Shown here piece by piece: positions 17,971 through 27,770 of a DNA stretch of 64,000 nt. The stretch covers positions 2,624,001 to 2,688,000 of the forward strand of contig OY970342.1 in assembly GCA_963717505.1 (NCBI GenBank), read 5' to 3'. The position numbers and the translations under genes are program-made. The DNA is from Candidatus Eiseniibacteriota bacterium (GTDB lineage Bacteria > Eisenbacteria > RBG-16-71-46). The notes beneath the pieces are model-generated. The model saw only the letters and a list, made by a program, of their open reading frames with translations. It searched no databases and was not told where the DNA came from. Every line of letters begins with the position of its first letter. Position 1 is the first letter of the stretch.

Positions 17971-20900
17971 CTAGGCCCCGGGCGCGCCCGTGGGACGGGC
18001 GGTGTGCGCCATGGCCGGCTCCACCCCGGGTGCTGGGGTCCCGCGCTCGCGCGCCGCGACCTTCGCCGGGTCCCCGGCGAACCGGGCGAGCAGCGTGTAG
18101 ACGACCGGGACCACGATCAGCGTCAGCAGGGTCGAGAAGATCAGTCCGCCGACCACCGCGGCCCCGAGCGGCTTGCGCGACTCGGCGCCGGCGCCCAGGC
18201 CGAGCGCGATCGGCAGGATGCCGACGATCGTGGTCAGCGTGGTCATCAGGATCGGGCGCAGGCGGATCAGCGAGGCGCCGACCACGGCCTCGTAGAGTTC
18301 CATCGCCGCGTGCGCGTCGCTGGTTCGCGTACTCGACGATCAGGATCGCGTTCTTGGTCACCAGCCCGATCAGCATGATCAGGCCGATCTGGGAGTAGAT
18401 GTTGAGCGACATCCGGAACACGAACAGCGTGACCAGCGCCCCGAACACCGCGAGCGGCACCGAGAACAGGATGGTGAGCGGGTGGACGAAGCTCTCGAAC
18501 TGGGCCGCCAGCACCAGGAAGATGAACACCAGCGCGATCACGAACAGGAAGTAGAGGCCGCCGCTCGACTCGTCGAACTCGCGCGACTCGCCCGCCAGGT
18601 CGGTGCGGATGCCCGCCGGCAGCGACTGCGCGCGCGATCCGGTCGAGGTCGGTGAGCGCCTGGCCGAGGGTCACGCCGGGCGCCAGGTTGGCGGCGAGTG
18701 TCGCGGAGCGCACGCGGTTGAAGTGGTTGAGTTCGCGCGGCGACACGGTCTCGTCCACCTGGACCACGTTGGCCATCTGCACCAGGCCGTCGCGTGCCGC
18801 GCACGTAGAGCCGTCGATCATGGCCGGGCTCGAGCGGTCCGCTCGACGGCACCTGGAGCATCACGTCGTACTGGCGGTTGCCGAGCTTGAACGTGCTCGA
18901 CCTCGCGGCCGCCGAGCAGCGTCTGCAGCGTGCTGCCGATCTCCTGCACCGACACGCCCAGCTCCGCGGCGCGGTCGCGGTCGATCTGGATTTCGAGCTG
19001 CGGCTTGTTGAGCTTGAGGTCGCTGTCCATGTTGACCAGGTAGCCGAGCTTCTGCGCCTCCATCATCATCACGCCCATCGCCTCTTCGAGCGTCGTCGTA
19101 GTTCTCGGCCTGGAGCACGAACTGGACCGGCCGGCCGAAGCCGCCGCCCAGGCTGGGCGGGTTGATCGGGATCGCGAGCACGCCGGGGATCGACATCATC
19201 TGCGGGAACAGCGAGCGGACGATCTCCTGCTGGCTGCGCTTGCGTTCGTGATAGGGCTTGAGGCGCACGAACATGAAGCCGTCGGTGACGCGGCCCGGAG
19301 CGCCGAAGCCGAGGCCGACCGCGGTGAACATGCGATCGACTTCAGGCACGTTCTGGTAGATCGCCTCCGCCTGGCGCACGTAGCGGTCGGTGTACTCGAG
19401 CGTCGAGCCCTCGGGCGCCAGCACCAGGTTGAAGATCAGGCCGCGGTCCTCGGTCGGCACCAGCTCGGAAGGCAGGACGCGGAACAATCCGACCATGGCC
19501 GCGATCAGGCCGAGACCGCTGAGCATGACCATTCCGCGCCGGCGCAGGGAGAAGCGCAGGATGCGCTCGTAGCCACGGGTGAAGGCGGCCAGGCCGCGGT
19601 TGAACGTGCCACGCCAGCCCCGAGCCTCGGCGCCGGGTCCGCTGGCCGGCCCGCCGCCCTCGCCGGGCGAGGAATGCGGCGCGCCCCTGAGCAGGCGCGA
19701 GCACAGCATCGGGGTCAGCGTCAGGGCGACGAAGCCCGAGATCAGCACCGACACCGCCACCGCGATGCCGAACTCGTTGAACAGCCGGCCGACCCGGCCG
19801 GTCAGGAAGGCCACCGGAACGAACACGGCGACCAGCGCCAGGGTGGTGGCGATGATCGCGAAGCCGATCTCGCGAGGCGCCGTCGAGGGCGGCGCGCATC
19901 CGACTCTTGCCCATCTCCAGGTGCCGGTAGACGTTCTCGAGCATGACGATGGCGTCGTCGACCACCAGTCCGATCGCCAGCACCAGCGCGAGCAGCGTCA
20001 GGATGTTGAGGCTGAAGCCGAGGAAGTAGGTGACGGTGAACGTGCCGATGATCGAGATCGGGATCGCGATCGCCGGAATCAGCGTGGCGCGGAAGCTGCC
20101 GAGGAACACGAAGATCACCAAGATCACCAGCACGAAGGCCACGAGCAGCGAGATCACGACCTCGTGGATCGAGTCCTCGATGAAGATCGACGAGTCGTAG
20201 GCGATTTCGAGGTTCATACCGGGGGGCACGTCGCGCGCGCAGCTCGCTCGAGCGCCGCGCGCATCCGGCGGGCGACGTCGACGGTGCTCGCCTTCTGTTG
20301 CTTGACGATGCCGAGCCCGACCGACGGCACGCCGTTGAAGCGGCCGATGCTGCGCTCGTCCTCGGCGCCGAGTTCGACCGTGGCGACGTCGCGCAGGCGC
20401 ACCGACTCGGCCTTCGCGTTCGGACAGGACCAGGCTCGAGAACTCCTCGGCCTCGACCAGGTCGCCGCGCGTGCGCACCGAGAACTCGCGGCCGCGGCCC
20501 TCGACGCGGCCCGAGGGGATCTCGGCGTTCTCGTCGCGCAGCGCCGCGTCGACGTCGGCGACCGTCAGGCCGTGGCGGCCAGCCGCTGCGGATCGAGCCA
20601 GATCCGCATCGCGTAGCGGCGGGCCGCGCCGACGAACACCGCGCCCACGCCCTCGATGCGCTGGAGGCGCTCGGACAGCACGTTCTCGGCGACGTCGGTC
20701 AGCTCGAGCGGGCTGACACCCTGGCCGTTGAGCGACAGCCAGATGATCGGCTGCGCGTTGACGTCCTGCTTGGCGACGATCGGATCTTCGGCGTCGCGTG
20801 GGCAGCTGGCCGCGCACGCGCGCGACGCGGTCGCGCACGTCGTTGGCGGCTTCGTCGACGTCGCGGCGCAGGTTGAACTCGACCGTGATGCGCGACACCT

Positions 20901-21159
20901 GCTCCTGCGAGGACGAGGTGATGAGCTTGACGCCCTCGATGGTCGAGAGCTGCTCTTCGAGCACGTCGGTGATCTCGGTCTCGACCACCTGGGCGCTGGC
21001 GCCGCGGTAGATCGTGGTGACCGTGACGATCGGCGAGTCGATGTCCGGGTACTCGCGCACCGGCAGGAACGAGAGCGAGAGCAGGCCGAACAGCAACAGC
21101 GTCAGGCTCATCACCGTGGCGAGGACCGGCCGCTGGATCGAGATCTCGCTGAGCTTCAT
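17971..21159 (-). CDS. RND efflux permease (AcrB/MdtC family), several apparent frameshifts
   Basis: Pieces in different frames: [16 protein letters not shown]…[48 protein letters not shown]…[24 protein letters not shown]. The total span fits a ~1050 aa protein. Confidence 0.88.
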
Positions 21160-21171
21160 TGGTCGCTCGGG

Positions 21172-22377
21172 CTAGTTGGTGTCCGCATGGGCCGCGCCCG
21201 AGGTCTTCTTCTCGGTGGGTAGTGCCGCGCCGGGTGCTCCCTGAGGCGGGCCGCCGGCCATCGCGGCGCTCGAAACCGGCAGGACGCGTGCTCCCGCGAA
21301 CAGCTTCTGGTGCCCGGCCTTGACCACGACCGCGCCCGGCTCGAGCCCGGCGATCACCTCGACGAACGCGGAGTCACGCGCTCCCAGGTGGACCGCGGTT
21401 CGCGCCACGGTGCTGTCCGGGTTCACCTGGTAGACGAAGTTCTGCGTGCCCTCGGCGAATACGGCCTCGTCCGGGACCACCAGCGCCATCGGGCGTTCGG
21501 CGAAGGTCACCGTGACGTTGGCCGACATGCCGGGCCGCAGCCGGCGTCCGGGATTCGACAGCCACGCCACCAGCTGAACGGTGCGGGTTTGCGGATCGAT
21601 GATCGGGTCGACCACGGTGACCCGGCCGTCGAACGTCTCGCCGGGATACGCCGGCGTCCAGACCGTGACCGGGATCCCGGCCTTGAGCTGACCCGCATAA
21701 CGCTCCGGGGCGGCGAACGCCACCTTCATCTCGTCGACGCGCGCGAGTTCGGTGATCGGATCACCCGGCGACAGCCACGCTCCCGGCGACACACGGCGTC
21801 GTCCGATCAATCCCGGCCAGGGCGCGCGAATGCGCGTCTTGTCGAGGCGCGCCTCGGCGTAGGCCTCGTTGGCCTCCGCCACCTTGAGGGCGGTGCTGGC
21901 GTTGTCGAGCTCCTGCTCGGAGACGACGTTTTGGTCCTTGAGCTTGACCGAGCGCTCGTAGTTGAGGCGCGCCTGTTCGTGCTGGGCGCGGGCGCGCTCG
22001 GCCTCGGCCTTCAGCTCGCGGGCATCCATCAGGACCAGGACGTCACCCTTCTCCGCGGAGCCTCCCTCCTCGAACACGATCTCTTCGACCTTGGCGCTGA
22101 CTTCGGCCACGACCGTGAGGATCTCTCGGGCCTCCAGGGTTCCCAGGGCGCGGAACTGATCGCGCGCAACCCGCGGGTGCACTTCGGAAACCTCGACCGG
22201 CATCGGCGGCATTTGGAATCCCGCGCCACCCGGTCCGCCCGACTTCGCGCAGCCGCCCAGCAACGCGGCAGTCAGCATCGATGCCGCCAGCATCAGAGGC
22301 TGGAGGCGACCGTAAGAGACGAGGCGAGCCGGAGCCGAAGGGGAGGCGCCGGCCCAAAGCGGGGCAGGGGCGTGCAT
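21172..22377 (-). CDS. RND efflux periplasmic adaptor (membrane fusion protein)
   Basis: Lipobox-like LLGGC, lipoyl halves (EEGGSAEKGDVL, IRAPWPGLI), DPQTRTV, LRPGM. Start uncertain (22377 or 22293). Confidence 0.88.
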   Translation of the reverse strand: MHAPAPLWAGASPSAPARLVSYGRLQPLMLAASMLTAALLGGCAKSGGPGGAGFQMPPMPVEVSEVHPRVARDQFRALGTLEAREILTVVAEVSAKVEEIVFEEGGSAEKGDVLVLMDARELKAEAERARAQHEQARLNYERSVKLKDQNVVSEQELDNASTALKVAEANEAYAEARLDKTRIRAPWPGLIGRRRVSPGAWLSPGDPITELARVDEMKVAFAAPERYAGQLKAGIPVTVWTPAYPGETFDGRVTVVDPIIDPQTRTVQLVAWLSNPGRRLRPGMSANVTVTFAERPMALVVPDEAVFAEGTQNFVYQVNPDSTVARTAVHLGARDSAFVEVIAGLEPGAVVVKAGHQKLFAGARVLPVSSAAMAGGPPQGAPGAALPTEKKTSGAAHADTN

Positions 22378-22478
22378 GCGAGGCGCAGCATACGATGCCA
22401 CTCGGGTGGAGCGAAAATCCGGCGACGAGCGCCGACGTCGGCGCGACGAGCGCGAAGGCGTGACCAACTCGTGACGTA

Positions 22479-23393
22479 TCAGGGCGAACTCCGATCCGAT
22501 GTGGTTGGAGCGATGCGGGCGAAGGTCAACGAAGCCCAATGGCTGTCCCAGTCGGCGGCGCGCGGTTGCGGGCAGCGAACCATGTGCACCGAGCTGACCA
22601 ACCACTCGCCTTCGCCTTCCAGGTTGAGCACGACGATGCCGCCGGATCCCGAACGCGCTTCGACCGTCATCGCGACGGAGTCGCGCCCGGCCGCGTTCAC
22701 GGGGGTCGTGCCGCTCGCCAGGGGGCGGCGCCACGCCCGCACCAGTGCCCCGGTCAGCGGCGAGTTTCGATAGAGCAGACGAAGCTGCAGGGGCCCGGGT
22801 CGCGACGGATCGCTGAGCGGCACCATTTCGAAGGTCAGACCCAGAGAACCAAAGACGCGCCGCGCGTCAGGCTTGGCCCCCGCGACCCAGGTCTTGGAGC
22901 AGCGGGCGTAGCGTTCACGAACCGGATCGAGGCTCGGCTTGCGCGCTCGTTCGGCCATTGGCCCGTCGAGCCCCTCGAGCGCGAGGTAGCGATCGAACTC
23001 GTCGGCGGCGAACCCGATCGGATAGAACGTGGACTCGTAGACGATCATCATTCCGCCATCGTCCGGGGCCGTCAGCCTCGCAAACACCGGCGCGTTGTCG
23101 ACTCCGGCGCTGCGCAGGTCCAGGTCCGCAGGCCCGCGCACCGCGAGTCGAACGGTGCGGCTCGGTTGAAAGGTCTTGAGCTCGCCGCGAAACCCGGTTC
23201 CGACGAACGCCGACACGTAGACCGAATCCCCGGGGGCGGCGTGATAGGTCGATGGAGCGAGCCAGTATTCATGGGCATGGACCTGAGCAGGGAACGGGAT
23301 GGCGCCTGCCAGAACCGCGAACAGCGCGATTCGGGCAGGATTCGGCGGAGTTCGACGGAACGAACACGCCCGCCGGTGGATCACGTCACTCAT
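22479..23393 (-). CDS. DUF4198-family periplasmic protein (putative Ni/Co/metal-binding)
   Basis: Signal peptide followed by HAHEYWL, then FDRYLALEGL, ERYARCSK, GEWLVSSVHM and C-terminal WASLTF. Confidence 0.8.
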   Translation of the reverse strand: MSDVIHRRACSFRRTPPNPARIALFAVLAGAIPFPAQVHAHEYWLAPSTYHAAPGDSVYVSAFVGTGFRGELKTFQPSRTVRLAVRGPADLDLRSAGVDNAPVFARLTAPDDGGMMIVYESTFYPIGFAADEFDRYLALEGLDGPMAERARKPSLDPVRERYARCSKTWVAGAKPDARRVFGSLGLTFEMVPLSDPSRPGPLQLRLLYRNSPLTGALVRAWRRPLASGTTPVNAAGRDSVAMTVEARSGSGGIVVLNLEGEGEWLVSSVHMVRCPQPRAADWDSHWASLTFARIAPTTSDRSSP

Positions 23394-23440
23394 GCTGGGT
23401 CCCGGTTCGGCCAGGGGTCGATGCTGGATTTCGGCTTGGA

Positions 23441-24310
23441 TCAGGGATGGCCCTTGCGGGCCAGCAGCCGGGCGGTCCACGGACCTCCCGGCGGAGACGT
23501 TTCATGGTATTCCATCACGTCCAGTCCTGGGAATGCCCGTTCCAGTTCGCCCGACTCGAGCAGGAAGCGCCGGCGACGGGGCCGTCCGAAACGCTCCTGC
23601 CCGCGCCGATAGGTCTCGTAGACCAACCAGCCCCCCGGTGCGAGCGACCGTTCGATGGCCGGGAACAAGGGGCGGTGCAGGAAACGAAAGCAGACCACGA
23701 GATCGTATCGTTCGACTGGCACCGCGATGGCCCGCGCCTCGAGATCGCACGGCTTGATCTCGACCTGGACGCCGTGGCGCTTCGCCAGGTTCTGGGCCTG
23801 GCCGAGCGCGAATGGGTCGGCGTCCCAGCCCTCGACCGCGAACCCCTGGAGCGCGAGAAACACGGCCTCGCGGCCCGATCCGCAAGCCAGGTCGGCCGCT
23901 CGGGGCGCCGGCCGCGCGGCCAGGCCCCGCTGAATCCCGGGCAGAACGGACTCGAGGTAAGGGGCGGGCCGCCAGATTCGCGCCGGCGCTCCGGTCGCCC
24001 ATCCGGCTTGGCGGAGTGCCTCCGTAGATGCCGCCAGGAACGACACCGGGCGCCCGGCCCGCACGGCCAGCCACTCCGCCGCCCGTTCGGCCGCCTCGGG
24101 TTCCTCGGCGACGACCAGCAGGTCCGCGTCACGCGGAGGAAGCTCGGTGATCCTCTCCGGCAGCTCGGACCACGGCAGGTTCCCGCTCCCCGGAAGGTGT
24201 CCCGCCGCGAAGCGCTCGGCATCGCGCACGTCGAGGATCACGCGATCGCCGAGGGTTGCGAGTGCCGAGGCGGGGTCGAGGCCCCGCGATCGCGGAGCGA
24301 ACTCGGTCAC
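23441..24310 (-). CDS. Rhodanese-like domain fused to class I SAM methyltransferase (TehB-like)
   Basis: GTG at 24310 overlaps the upstream TGA. ILDVRD…FAAGHLPGS, then DLACGSGREAVFLA, YDLVVCFRFL and LAPGGWLVYET. Confidence 0.82.
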   Translation of the reverse strand: MTEFAPRSRGLDPASALATLGDRVILDVRDAERFAAGHLPGSGNLPWSELPERITELPPRDADLLVVAEEPEAAERAAEWLAVRAGRPVSFLAASTEALRQAGWATGAPARIWRPAPYLESVLPGIQRGLAARPAPRAADLACGSGREAVFLALQGFAVEGWDADPFALGQAQNLAKRHGVQVEIKPCDLEARAIAVPVERYDLVVCFRFLHRPLFPAIERSLAPGGWLVYETYRRGQERFGRPRRRRFLLESGELERAFPGLDVMEYHETSPPGGPWTARLLARKGHP

Positions 24311-25392
24311 GGGATGATCGGCAGCTCGCAACAGTCGCCCGCGGGGATCGGCCGTCCGTGGGGACAGTGGCGCGGGTGACTGAGGAACGTGCAGATGCTG
24401 TCGGTGACCTCGGGGTCGATGATGTGCTCCATCCGGCACGCCGCGAGCTCGACCTCGGGTTCGGGCAGGTGCATCGCCGACGTGAACAACACTTCCGCGA
24501 GCCGGCGGCGACGCACCAGGTCGCGCGCCAGCGCGCGCCCGCGGGTCGTGAAGTCGAGCGTTCCGTCGTGGAGCAGAACCAGGCCGCTCTCGACCATCCC
24601 GCGGATGGTTCCGCGGTTGTCGACCACGTCCGGGATCCGGACACGATCGGCCTGCGGCGGCCGGCTCTCCTCGACCAGCGACCACATCTGCACCAGGACT
24701 TCGTCGTAGCGACGTTCGATTTCGCCGCTCGGCACGGTGAGGTCGGCGATCCGGCCGTGGTTGAGCTCGATCCGGCGGTCCGCGAGGTTTCCCACCTTGG
24801 GCGCGTGGGTCACGGTCACCAGGGTGTGGCCTTCGGCGTGCAGATCCCGCAGCAGCCCGAGCACGCGGTCCTCGTTCTCGGCGTCGAGGTTGCCGGTCGG
24901 CTCGTCCGCGAGGAGCAGGGCCGGCGCGTTGACCAGGGCGCGCGCGACACACACTCGCTGCTGCTCGCCGCCCGAGAGCTGCGCCGGGCGGTGGTCGGCG
25001 CGCGCCGCGAGGTCGACCCGCACGAGCGCCGCACGCGCTTCGGCGGGGTCGACCATCGAGTGATAGTGCTGAGCGACCATCACGTTCTCGAGCGCGGTCA
25101 GGTACGGCAGCAGGTGGAACTGCTGGAAGATGATGCCGACCTTCTCGCGCCGGTAGCGCACGCGCCCGGCTTCGCCGAGCTGGGCGATCTCGACGCCGTC
25201 GACCACGATCCGCCCTGCCGTCGGCCGGTCGAGGGCGGCGAGCAGGTTGATCAGCGTGCTCTTGCCCGATCCGGAGGGTCCCATCACCGCGAGCCATTCG
25301 CCGCGCGCGATGTCGAGGTCGACTCCGTCCAGGGCGCGCACGTTCTCGAAGTGGCGCGAGACCCCGCGGAGCTGGACCAGCTTCTCGGCCAC
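24307..25392 (-). CDS. LolD/MacB-type ABC ATPase fused to DtxR/MntR-like metal-binding/dimerisation domain
   Basis: GPSGSGKS, LSGGEQQR, LLADEPTGNLD. C-terminal RRRRLAE…ACRMEH…CPHGRPIP. Confidence 0.9.
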   Translation of the reverse strand: MAEKLVQLRGVSRHFENVRALDGVDLDIARGEWLAVMGPSGSGKSTLINLLAALDRPTAGRIVVDGVEIAQLGEAGRVRYRREKVGIIFQQFHLLPYLTALENVMVAQHYHSMVDPAEARAALVRVDLAARADHRPAQLSGGEQQRVCVARALVNAPALLLADEPTGNLDAENEDRVLGLLRDLHAEGHTLVTVTHAPKVGNLADRRIELNHGRIADLTVPSGEIERRYDEVLVQMWSLVEESRPPQADRVRIPDVVDNRGTIRGMVESGLVLLHDGTLDFTTRGRALARDLVRRRRLAEVLFTSAMHLPEPEVELAACRMEHIIDPEVTDSICTFLSHPRHCPHGRPIPAGDCCELPIIP

Positions 25393-25393
25393 C

Positions 25394-26500
25394 TCAGTCT
25401 CCTTTGAGCGCTACGGCCGGCTCGACGCGCAGCGCCAGCCGCACCGGGCCGAAACTCGCGAGTGTCGCAACCGCGAGCGAGAGCGCAATCACGATCACCG
25501 GCACGTTCCATTGCGCGGTCACGCTCGAGTGGAAGACCTCGCGGCCGATGACCTCGGCCATGATCAGGCCGAACAGCCAGCCCGCGGTTCCGCCCAGAAC
25601 TCCGATCGCCACGGCTTCGGCGGCGAACTGGCGCACCACCTGGCCGGGGGTTGCGCCCAGCGCCTTGAGCAATGCGATCTCGCGCCGGCGCTCGAGCGCC
25701 AGGTCGGTGAGCGAGCCGAACGCGCACAGTCCGGCGGCGAGCATGGCGGCCACCGTCACCAGCGCCATCAGGCGCCGCATGCGATCGAGCAGACGCGCCT
25801 CGACGGCAGTCAACGAATGGAGCGGACGCGCGCTCAGGGTGCCGCCGGCTTCGAGTCGATCGCCCAGCGTTCGCGCGGCGACGCCGTCGCCAGCGATCCG
25901 GACCTGAACCAGGCTCAACCGACCTTCGAGGCCACTCAGCGCCTGCGCGTCGGCCAGAGGAATCCACCACGCTTCGTCATCGGGACCGCCTGCATCGAGA
26001 ACGCCGCCGATCGTCAGATCAAGCGTCTGGTCTCGACCCGGGAACGTGATCTCGAGCCGGTCTCCCGGCTGGACACCCAACCGGCGAAGGAGACGGACTC
26101 CCATCCAGGTCGGCGCCGACGCAACGTCCCATCCCGTCGCCGGCGTCAGGGTCCAGGACGGATGGAGCTGCTGCGCGCGCTCGAGGTCGGCGCCGATCAC
26201 CGGCACGGTTCGCCCCGCCGACGCGGTGACGACATAGAGGAGTGGTGCTCCTTCGACCCCGGCCGCGGCCAGCCGCGAGCGTGCATCGGATTCGTCGAGG
26301 AATCGATCTCCGTCCCGGGCCGGCAGCACCAGCAGGTTGGGCCCCAGGGATCGCAACTCGCGCGTGAGTTTGCGCGAGACGTCACTCGACACGTGGAGCA
26401 GAGCCGAAGCGACCGATGCCCCGATCGCCACCGCCAGCATCGCGAGTCCCGAGATGCCGCGCCGCTGCCAGAGGGCGCCGCGCAGCAGCCGGAGATTCAT
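25394..26500 (-). CDS. FtsX/MacB-family ABC permease
   Basis: N-terminal TM helix, ELRSLGPNLLV, ERRREIALLKALGA, C-terminal PAVALKGD. Confidence 0.9.
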   Translation of the reverse strand: MNLRLLRGALWQRRGISGLAMLAVAIGASVASALLHVSSDVSRKLTRELRSLGPNLLVLPARDGDRFLDESDARSRLAAAGVEGAPLLYVVTASAGRTVPVIGADLERAQQLHPSWTLTPATGWDVASAPTWMGVRLLRRLGVQPGDRLEITFPGRDQTLDLTIGGVLDAGGPDDEAWWIPLADAQALSGLEGRLSLVQVRIAGDGVAARTLGDRLEAGGTLSARPLHSLTAVEARLLDRMRRLMALVTVAAMLAAGLCAFGSLTDLALERRREIALLKALGATPGQVVRQFAAEAVAIGVLGGTAGWLFGLIMAEVIGREVFHSSVTAQWNVPVIVIALSLAVATLASFGPVRLALRVEPAVALKGD

Positions 26501-26513
26501 CCGTGTCCGGCCC

Positions 26514-27770
26514 TCAGCCACGCAGCACCTCCGCGGCATCGAGCTGGAGCGCCCTGCGCAAGGGCCCGAGCGTGCCCACCGCCGAAACCGCGAACGCCAG
26601 CGCGACCGCGAGCGGCAGGAGCAGCGGCGTCGGCGAGAACTCGGTGCCGAAGGTGTCGCCACGAATCAAGCGGGCGCCGGCGACACCCAGGGTCCAACCC
26701 GCCAAGCCGCCCGCGGTCGCGACCAGTAGCGTCTCGCTGAGGAGCAGAACGGCGATCTGCCGCGGCGCCGCACCGATCGCGCGCAACAACCCGAGCTCCG
26801 TGCGGCGTTCGACCACGGTCGCGGTGCTGGTCGCGAGCAGGCCGAGGACCGAAGCGGTCAGGGCCGCGAGCGCGAGCAGGATCATCAGCAGATTCAGCCG
26901 GTGGACCACTGCGCCTTCGCCGGCGACGACTTCGGTCCTCGCCAACACCTCGGCCCCCGGGATCGCACCCGTGAGGTCGCGCGCGACGACATCGGGATAG
27001 GCGGTGCACAGGTGGCGCTCGAAGCCCACGGGATCGGCCTTGGGATCCGGCGGTGGCTTTCGCGCCGGGGGCAGGACCAAGGCACTCAACCACACGCGAT
27101 CCACCTCGTGGCCGCGCCCAGAAAGCTCGCCCACGAGCTCGAGTGGCGCCCAGGCCCGCAGGGCGGCTCCGGGGTCGGCGTGCACGATGCCGGTCACCGA
27201 CAAGCGCCGCTCGCCTCCGGGACCCGACACCGCCAGATGGTCCCCGACTCCAGCGCCGATGGTCGCGGCCAATGATTGTCCGAGCGCGATTTCGTCCGCG
27301 TTCTCGAAGGGCCACCGGCCATCGACCCGCCACGCCGGGCGGAGTCGCGGCAGGCCGGTGCGCCAGACGCCGTCGGCCACCGGAACCTCGTGGTCGAACC
27401 AGGTGCCGAGCACCACCACCTTGGCCCCCTCGACGCGGAGCGTGGTTTCGAGTTCGGGTGCCGCCTCGAGCACGTTGTTGCGCCAGAACGTCCGCTTGAG
27501 TGCAGCCACGGAGCCAGGATCGAGGGTCGCGCCGGCGCGCGCCGGCTCGATTTCGGCGCCGCCCAGGTCCAGCGGCCAGCGCGCTCCGGCCGGCATCACG
27601 ACGAAGTTCGGTCCCGACGCGCGCAGCGTGCGCGCGAAATCGTCGCCGACCTGGAGCGCCAGAGCGGCGAGCGCGATCGACACCGCGACGCCGAGGGTGA
27701 TCGCGAGCAGCGCCAGCACCAGTCGTGCGCGCCGTGCGCGCAGCGCAGCCCACACCAACCGCGCCGTCAC
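26514..27770 (-). CDS. FtsX/MacB-family ABC permease
   Basis: GTG at 27770 overlaps the FTR1 stop. FWRNNVL, HLCTAYP, ERRTELGLLRAIGA, ends AEVLRG. Confidence 0.88.
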   Translation of the reverse strand: MTARLVWAALRARRARLVLALLAITLGVAVSIALAALALQVGDDFARTLRASGPNFVVMPAGARWPLDLGGAEIEPARAGATLDPGSVAALKRTFWRNNVLEAAPELETTLRVEGAKVVVLGTWFDHEVPVADGVWRTGLPRLRPAWRVDGRWPFENADEIALGQSLAATIGAGVGDHLAVSGPGGERRLSVTGIVHADPGAALRAWAPLELVGELSGRGHEVDRVWLSALVLPPARKPPPDPKADPVGFERHLCTAYPDVVARDLTGAIPGAEVLARTEVVAGEGAVVHRLNLLMILLALAALTASVLGLLATSTATVVERRTELGLLRAIGAAPRQIAVLLLSETLLVATAGGLAGWTLGVAGARLIRGDTFGTEFSPTPLLLPLAVALAFAVSAVGTLGPLRRALQLDAAEVLRG

